Below are positions 26,320 to 29,908 of a stretch of DNA of 29,908 bases, one piece after another. The notes beneath the pieces are model-generated. The model searched no databases. It was given only the letters and a program-made list of their open reading frames with translations, and had not been told where the DNA came from. Where the stretch lies: NCBI GenBank assembly GCA_044869275.1, contig JBIOXB010000253.1, positions 1-29,908 on the forward strand, written 5' to 3'. A program made the translations under genes and the position numbers. How positions within the stretch are numbered: position 1 is the stretch's first letter; the number at the start of each line of letters is the position of its first letter. This DNA comes from a bacterium. Lineage in GTDB: Bacteria; Zhuqueibacterota; Zhuqueibacteria; Zhuqueibacterales; Zhuqueibacteraceae.

Positions 26320-29300
26320 TCAGCGCAAAAGCAAGCGTTCGCGTTTTTTGAAACTACCGGCCATGAACTCGATGAAATAGACACCACTCGCCAGTGCTCG
26401 TCCGCGCTGATCGCGGCCGTTCCATTGCCACTGGCCACGGCCGGCGGTTTGCCAGCCCAATGCCACACGGTTTGTTTCCTGGCCGAGCAAATTGAAAATT
26501 CTGAATTCCACCGGCGCGGCCTCGGGCAATTCGTACCGCCATTCCACGACGCGATGCTGTGTGCGCAGCAAGGGATTGGGAAATGCGCGTGACAATGAAA
26601 ACGCTTGCGGTGGCGCTTGGTCCTGCGACCGGGTTTGCGCTTCCAATTTCAGCATCTCACCTGTGGGGCTCAGGCCCGTTGCCGCGAACAGGCCCTCCGG
26701 CAGCAGGGCGAGCGGCAATATGATTTCGCCCGAACGGGTGTCTGCGCCCGCAGAAGAAAATGCCGCAGGCCAGATCAAAAGCGAGAGATGATTGCTCGTG
26801 ATTTTCCAGTGCGCTTCAAATGCGCCTAAACGCGCCGATCGCAGCGGCTGATCATTTTGCGTGCCCGGCAGTTTCCAACGGAGTTGCCAGCTCTGCAGCG
26901 GCTGTTCGGTCTGCCAAAGCAATCGTGTTGGCGTGGCGCCGGAGTTTTCCAAAAGAAAATCCATGCGCTGAGTCAGCGCCAGATTTGCGGAAAAAGAATC
27001 GTTCAACAGGAAATCGATGAGGGTCAAGACGTCGGCGAGGTTGAGCGTGGTGTCCACCACCACGTTCGCCGCCCAAATATTGCGGCGCGGCGGTGCTGGG
27101 ACGCGCTCCAAAACCAGATCGACGAGAAACGACAGATCACGCAAGTCGAGCAAGCTGTCACGGTTTGCGTCACCGCGTTGCGCCACCCATTCCTGCAACA
27201 CTACGCTATTATTGTCCGTGACGATTTCATTCGGCACCGAGGTGGTATCGATTTCGCATCGAATCGTATTGTGGCCGAAAGGCAAAGACAGCGCCGGGAA
27301 TTGCAGATCGAAAGTTTCACCCGGCCCCAAGGCTGGCACACTCGCTCGGTAAATGACTTGGCCATTGAGCCAGAGGAGCGCCTGTGCGGGCTGAGCCGCA
27401 GCATCGCCCAGGTTATAAACCACAAATCCGGCGACATAGCGATAGTCGACCGTATAGCAGTCCTCCAGGTCGACGGATTTGGTTCGAATCGACAAATCCG
27501 GAAAAACCGGTCGTGGATTCACCACAAAATTCACGCGCACGGTTTGGGCGCCGCCGTCGGAGTTGACCGTAAAGACCTCGGCGTAATTGCCCGCGCCGAT
27601 CGCGCTGATGCTGGCAATCACGCGAACGCTGTCGGTGCCGGTGCGCCTCTGGCCGCTGCGGGGTGAAATGGAAAGCCACGTCACGTTTTCATCGACGCTC
27701 CATTGCAGCGTGCCGCCGCCGATGTTGCGGATGTACACCGATTGCGCCGGGGGATTCGAAGTGCCCTCCGTCGTCACAAAATTCAGCGCCGTGGGCGAAA
27801 CTGACAAAGCCGGCGGCTGCGGACTAATATTGAGCGCCACTTCCAGTGAATCATTTCCGCCGTTCGAAGTCACCAGGATTTTGCCGGCATACGAGCCGGG
27901 GGGTAAATTGACAATATCGATGGCTGCCGCAACTTGATCGATTTCCAGAGTCGTCGTGCCACTGTTGGGAGCAGCACTGAGCCAGGGTTGATTGGCAGCC
28001 ACGCTCCAAATCAATTCGCCGTCGCCACCGTTTTGAAGGGTGAAAGCCTGCGGCGGCGGGTTGCTGCCACCCTGGGTTGCGGCGAATTCCAGCCGGCGCG
28101 GCTGCATTAACAAACTCGGCAGCAACGGATTGATCGTGAGCGTCACCGGCACCGTAATATTTCCGCCATTCGAGGTAAAAACCAGATTCGCGTGGACGCT
28201 GCCGACGGACAAGCCCAAAAGGTCGACACTAATCGCGACTTGCTGCGTATTTTGCGTGGGTTCCTGCGTCACGATGCCGGAAGCCGGCGTTGCCCAAAGC
28301 CAGGGCTGATCCACGGCGACGCGCCAGCGCACGGTGTCACTGCCGGCGTTGCGCAGCGTCAAAATCCTCGCCGCGGAATTGGTTTGGCCGAAAGTGGCGG
28401 TAAAACTCAGAAAATCCGGACTGAGCGCAAGCGTCGGGGCTTCTTCGACTTTGAATGGGAATCCGCTGTTATTGTTCTGCTCGTTGAGCTCGGGCAATTC
28501 GAGCGTATAATCCAGCGTGACGCGCAGCGTGTAATTTCCAGGCTCGAGCGCGCCCAAGTTGGCCTCGAAGCTCCCCTGCCCGCGGGCAGGCAGAAACGAC
28601 ACGGCCACAGTGGTGTCAATTTTGGTATTGATGCATTCCACCAGCGCCGTGGAGGGCGCTGCCGGAGCCACGCCGGCATTCAATACGCTGAATCGAATTT
28701 TGATAGAATCACCGCGTTGGGGGGTTTCCGGAGAAACGGTCAAGTTCGTAATCTGCAAATCAGACAGCGCGGCTTGCGTGAGCACGGCGCCAATGCGCGG
28801 AGAGAGTGAATTGCGGTCGCGATCATTCCCGGTGTAAACGGCGAGATAGTTTCCCGACGGTGAAAAGGCGCTTTCGATTTCCAGGCTGGAATTGGAAAAG
28901 TTCGGTGTGCGTACAATTTGGCCGATTTTCGTGACCGGCCGTTGATCGCTGGCGAAGATCTGGCCAAAAACTTCGCTGAAGAGGGAATCGCGCGGATCGC
29001 GCCGCGACCAAAAGGAAACGAAAAAGCCCTGTTCGTTCGAATTCACCACCACGGGCGTTTTCATCGTATCCAGCGCAGTGAGGTCGAAGGTATTCCCCAC
29101 GGGATTGCCGCTCAAATCAAAGCGTTGCGCGCGCAACGAAGCCACATTGCTTCCGGCTTGAAGAGCTTGCCATTGCACGATCAAAGTATCCGCGCTCAAG
29201 AATGCGAGTGTGGGCTGTGCGACCTCGCGTGCGGCAATATCCCTTTTACCATCGATGAAACTAGCGGGATTGTCAAACGAGCGGAAATTAACGCGATCTT

Positions 29301-29908
29301 GACCACCGCCCAAACCGCGCCAGGTGATCGCGGTCACGCCCTTAGAAGAAACCGCCACATCCAGTTGATCGCCGATGCCGCGATCATCGCCGCTCTCATC
29401 GATGAAAAAAACCTCACTGCTCGAGCTGGCATCGATATTGAAAAATCTTGCCACCACGAAAGCCGGCCGGGATTCCCGCACCCACGCGGTGATCATGCGA
29501 CCGGTCACATCATAGGCGACACGAGGCCGCGAGGTCAAGCCCGTCGGCTGGAGCTCGAGTGAAAAGGCATTATTAACGGGCTTCAAATCGCGATTCAAGA
29601 TTTGTGCGACGGCTTCCGTCGTTTGCCGCCGCGTGGTTTGATCCCATACCAGCCACAACAACCCTTCGGGCGTGAAGGCCAGGTGCGGGTGTGCCACAAC
29701 CAGCGTGTCGTTTCTTTCCGTGACCGGCCGAATCTCGGTCAACGGCCGGCCAATGCCATCGAAATAGCGCAGCAGGATCTGTGACTGGCCTTGTTCATAA
29801 GCCACCCACACCACCGCAAAATTGCCGCGGGTGTCGAAAGCGGCCACTGGCGCGCTGACGCTGTCGCTGCGCGGCAGTTGATCGACTTCAATGAAAGTGA
29901 TGACGGAA
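26320..29908 (-). CDS. Large secreted multidomain protein: beta-propeller, CARDB, 3x BACON-like, CARDB, dockerin, and FlgD-Ig/T9SS type A CTD; 5' end outside window
   Basis: Frame stays open from GTG 29847 to 29908. About 7 blade-like repeats (e.g. AAFDTRGNFAVVW, VAYDVTGRMITAW); CARDB SDLQI..VLNAG..ELNEQNN and PDLSI..NEIVTDNN; three LSxSP..NxGG..W..PWLS repeats (~28440-27513); dockerin GDANRDSLLDLRD (~27174-27004); CTD FSLSRAFPNP..IFNLLGQ..WNGRD..LASGVYF. Confidence 0.85.
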   Translation of the reverse strand, partial: SVITFIEVDQLPRSDSVSAPVAAFDTRGNFAVVWVAYEQGQSQILLRYFDGIGRPLTEIRPVTERNDTLVVAHPHLAFTPEGLLWLVWDQTTRRQTTEAVAQILNRDLKPVNNAFSLELQPTGLTSRPRVAYDVTGRMITAWVRESRPAFVVARFFNIDASSSSEVFFIDESGDDRGIGDQLDVAVSSKGVTAITWRGLGGGQDRVNFRSFDNPASFIDGKRDIAAREVAQPTLAFLSADTLIVQWQALQAGSNVASLRAQRFDLSGNPVGNTFDLTALDTMKTPVVVNSNEQGFFVSFWSRRDPRDSLFSEVFGQIFASDQRPVTKIGQIVRTPNFSNSSLEIESAFSPSGNYLAVYTGNDRDRNSLSPRIGAVLTQAALSDLQITNLTVSPETPQRGDSIKIRFSVLNAGVAPAAPSTALVECINTKIDTTVAVSFLPARGQGSFEANLGALEPGNYTLRVTLDYTLELPELNEQNNNSGFPFKVEEAPTLALSPDFLSFTATFGQTNSAARILTLRNAGSDTVRWRVAVDQPWLWATPASGIVTQEPTQNTQQVAISVDLLGLSVGSVHANLVFTSNGGNITVPVTLTINPLLPSLLMQPRRLEFAATQGGSNPPPQAFTLQNGGDGELIWSVAANQPWLSAAPNSGTTTLEIDQVAAAIDIVNLPPGSYAGKILVTSNGGNDSLEVALNISPQPPALSVSPTALNFVTTEGTSNPPAQSVYIRNIGGGTLQWSVDENVTWLSISPRSGQRRTGTDSVRVIASISAIGAGNYAEVFTVNSDGGAQTVRVNFVVNPRPVFPDLSIRTKSVDLEDCYTVDYRYVAGFVVYNLGDAAAQPAQALLWLNGQVIYRASVPALGPGETFDLQFPALSLPFGHNTIRCEIDTTSVPNEIVTDNNSVVLQEWVAQRGDANRDSLLDLRDLSFLVDLVLERVPAPPRRNIWAANVVVDTTLNLADVLTLIDFLLNDSFSANLALTQRMDFLLENSGATPTRLLWQTEQPLQSWQLRWKLPGTQNDQPLRSARLGAFEAHWKITSNHLSLLIWPAAFSSAGADTRSGEIILPLALLPEGLFAATGLSPTGEMLKLEAQTRSQDQAPPQAFSLSRAFPNPLLRTQHRVVEWRYELPEAAPVEFRIFNLLGQETNRVALGWQTAGRGQWQWNGRDQRGRALASGVYFIEFMAGSFKKRERLLLR

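Noticed and set aside
5513..29562. Many long antisense ORFs (e.g. 6359-7207, 10006-10962, 15553-16434, 19364-20218, 22750-23625, 26857-27666)
   Set aside because: Each lies opposite a well-supported gene and is expected from GC-rich codon bias.

Overview
Chromosomal window from a moderately GC-rich diderm bacterium. A T9SS/FlgD-type C-terminal sorting domain, cohesin/dockerin-like modules and the style of intergenic repeats suggest an FCB-related lineage such as KSB1 (inference only). Left block (minus strand): a leaderless Cys-rich signal-peptide ORF, htpX, terC, a CNNM/CorB-HlyC gene, purK, purE, sua5, and a double-zinc-ribbon gene that the ORF track missed and that runs off the left edge. 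Middle block (plus strand): Tat-signal TldD, signal-less PmbA, DUF4159, MoxR AAA+ ATPase, DUF58/vWA, a BatA-domain protein and two large membrane proteins, interrupted by a second CNNM gene and an antisense secreted-protein gene. Right block (minus strand): a large secreted beta-propeller/CARDB/BACON/dockerin/CTD protein (5' end outside the window), a cohesin-like lipoprotein, a PhoD fragment and pbpC. Best leads: (1) an apparently exported TldD/PmbA protease with an Asp where the Cys metal ligand normally sits, linked to a MoxR-vWA membrane module; (2) a terminator/antiterminator switch before terC lacking yybP-ykoY signatures; (3) an adjacent dockerin-cargo and cohesin-lipoprotein pair; (4) a dispersed ~130-200 bp composite repeat and several 7-, 8- and 9-nt-periodic intergenic elements. 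All family calls come from motif recognition by eye; no searches were run.
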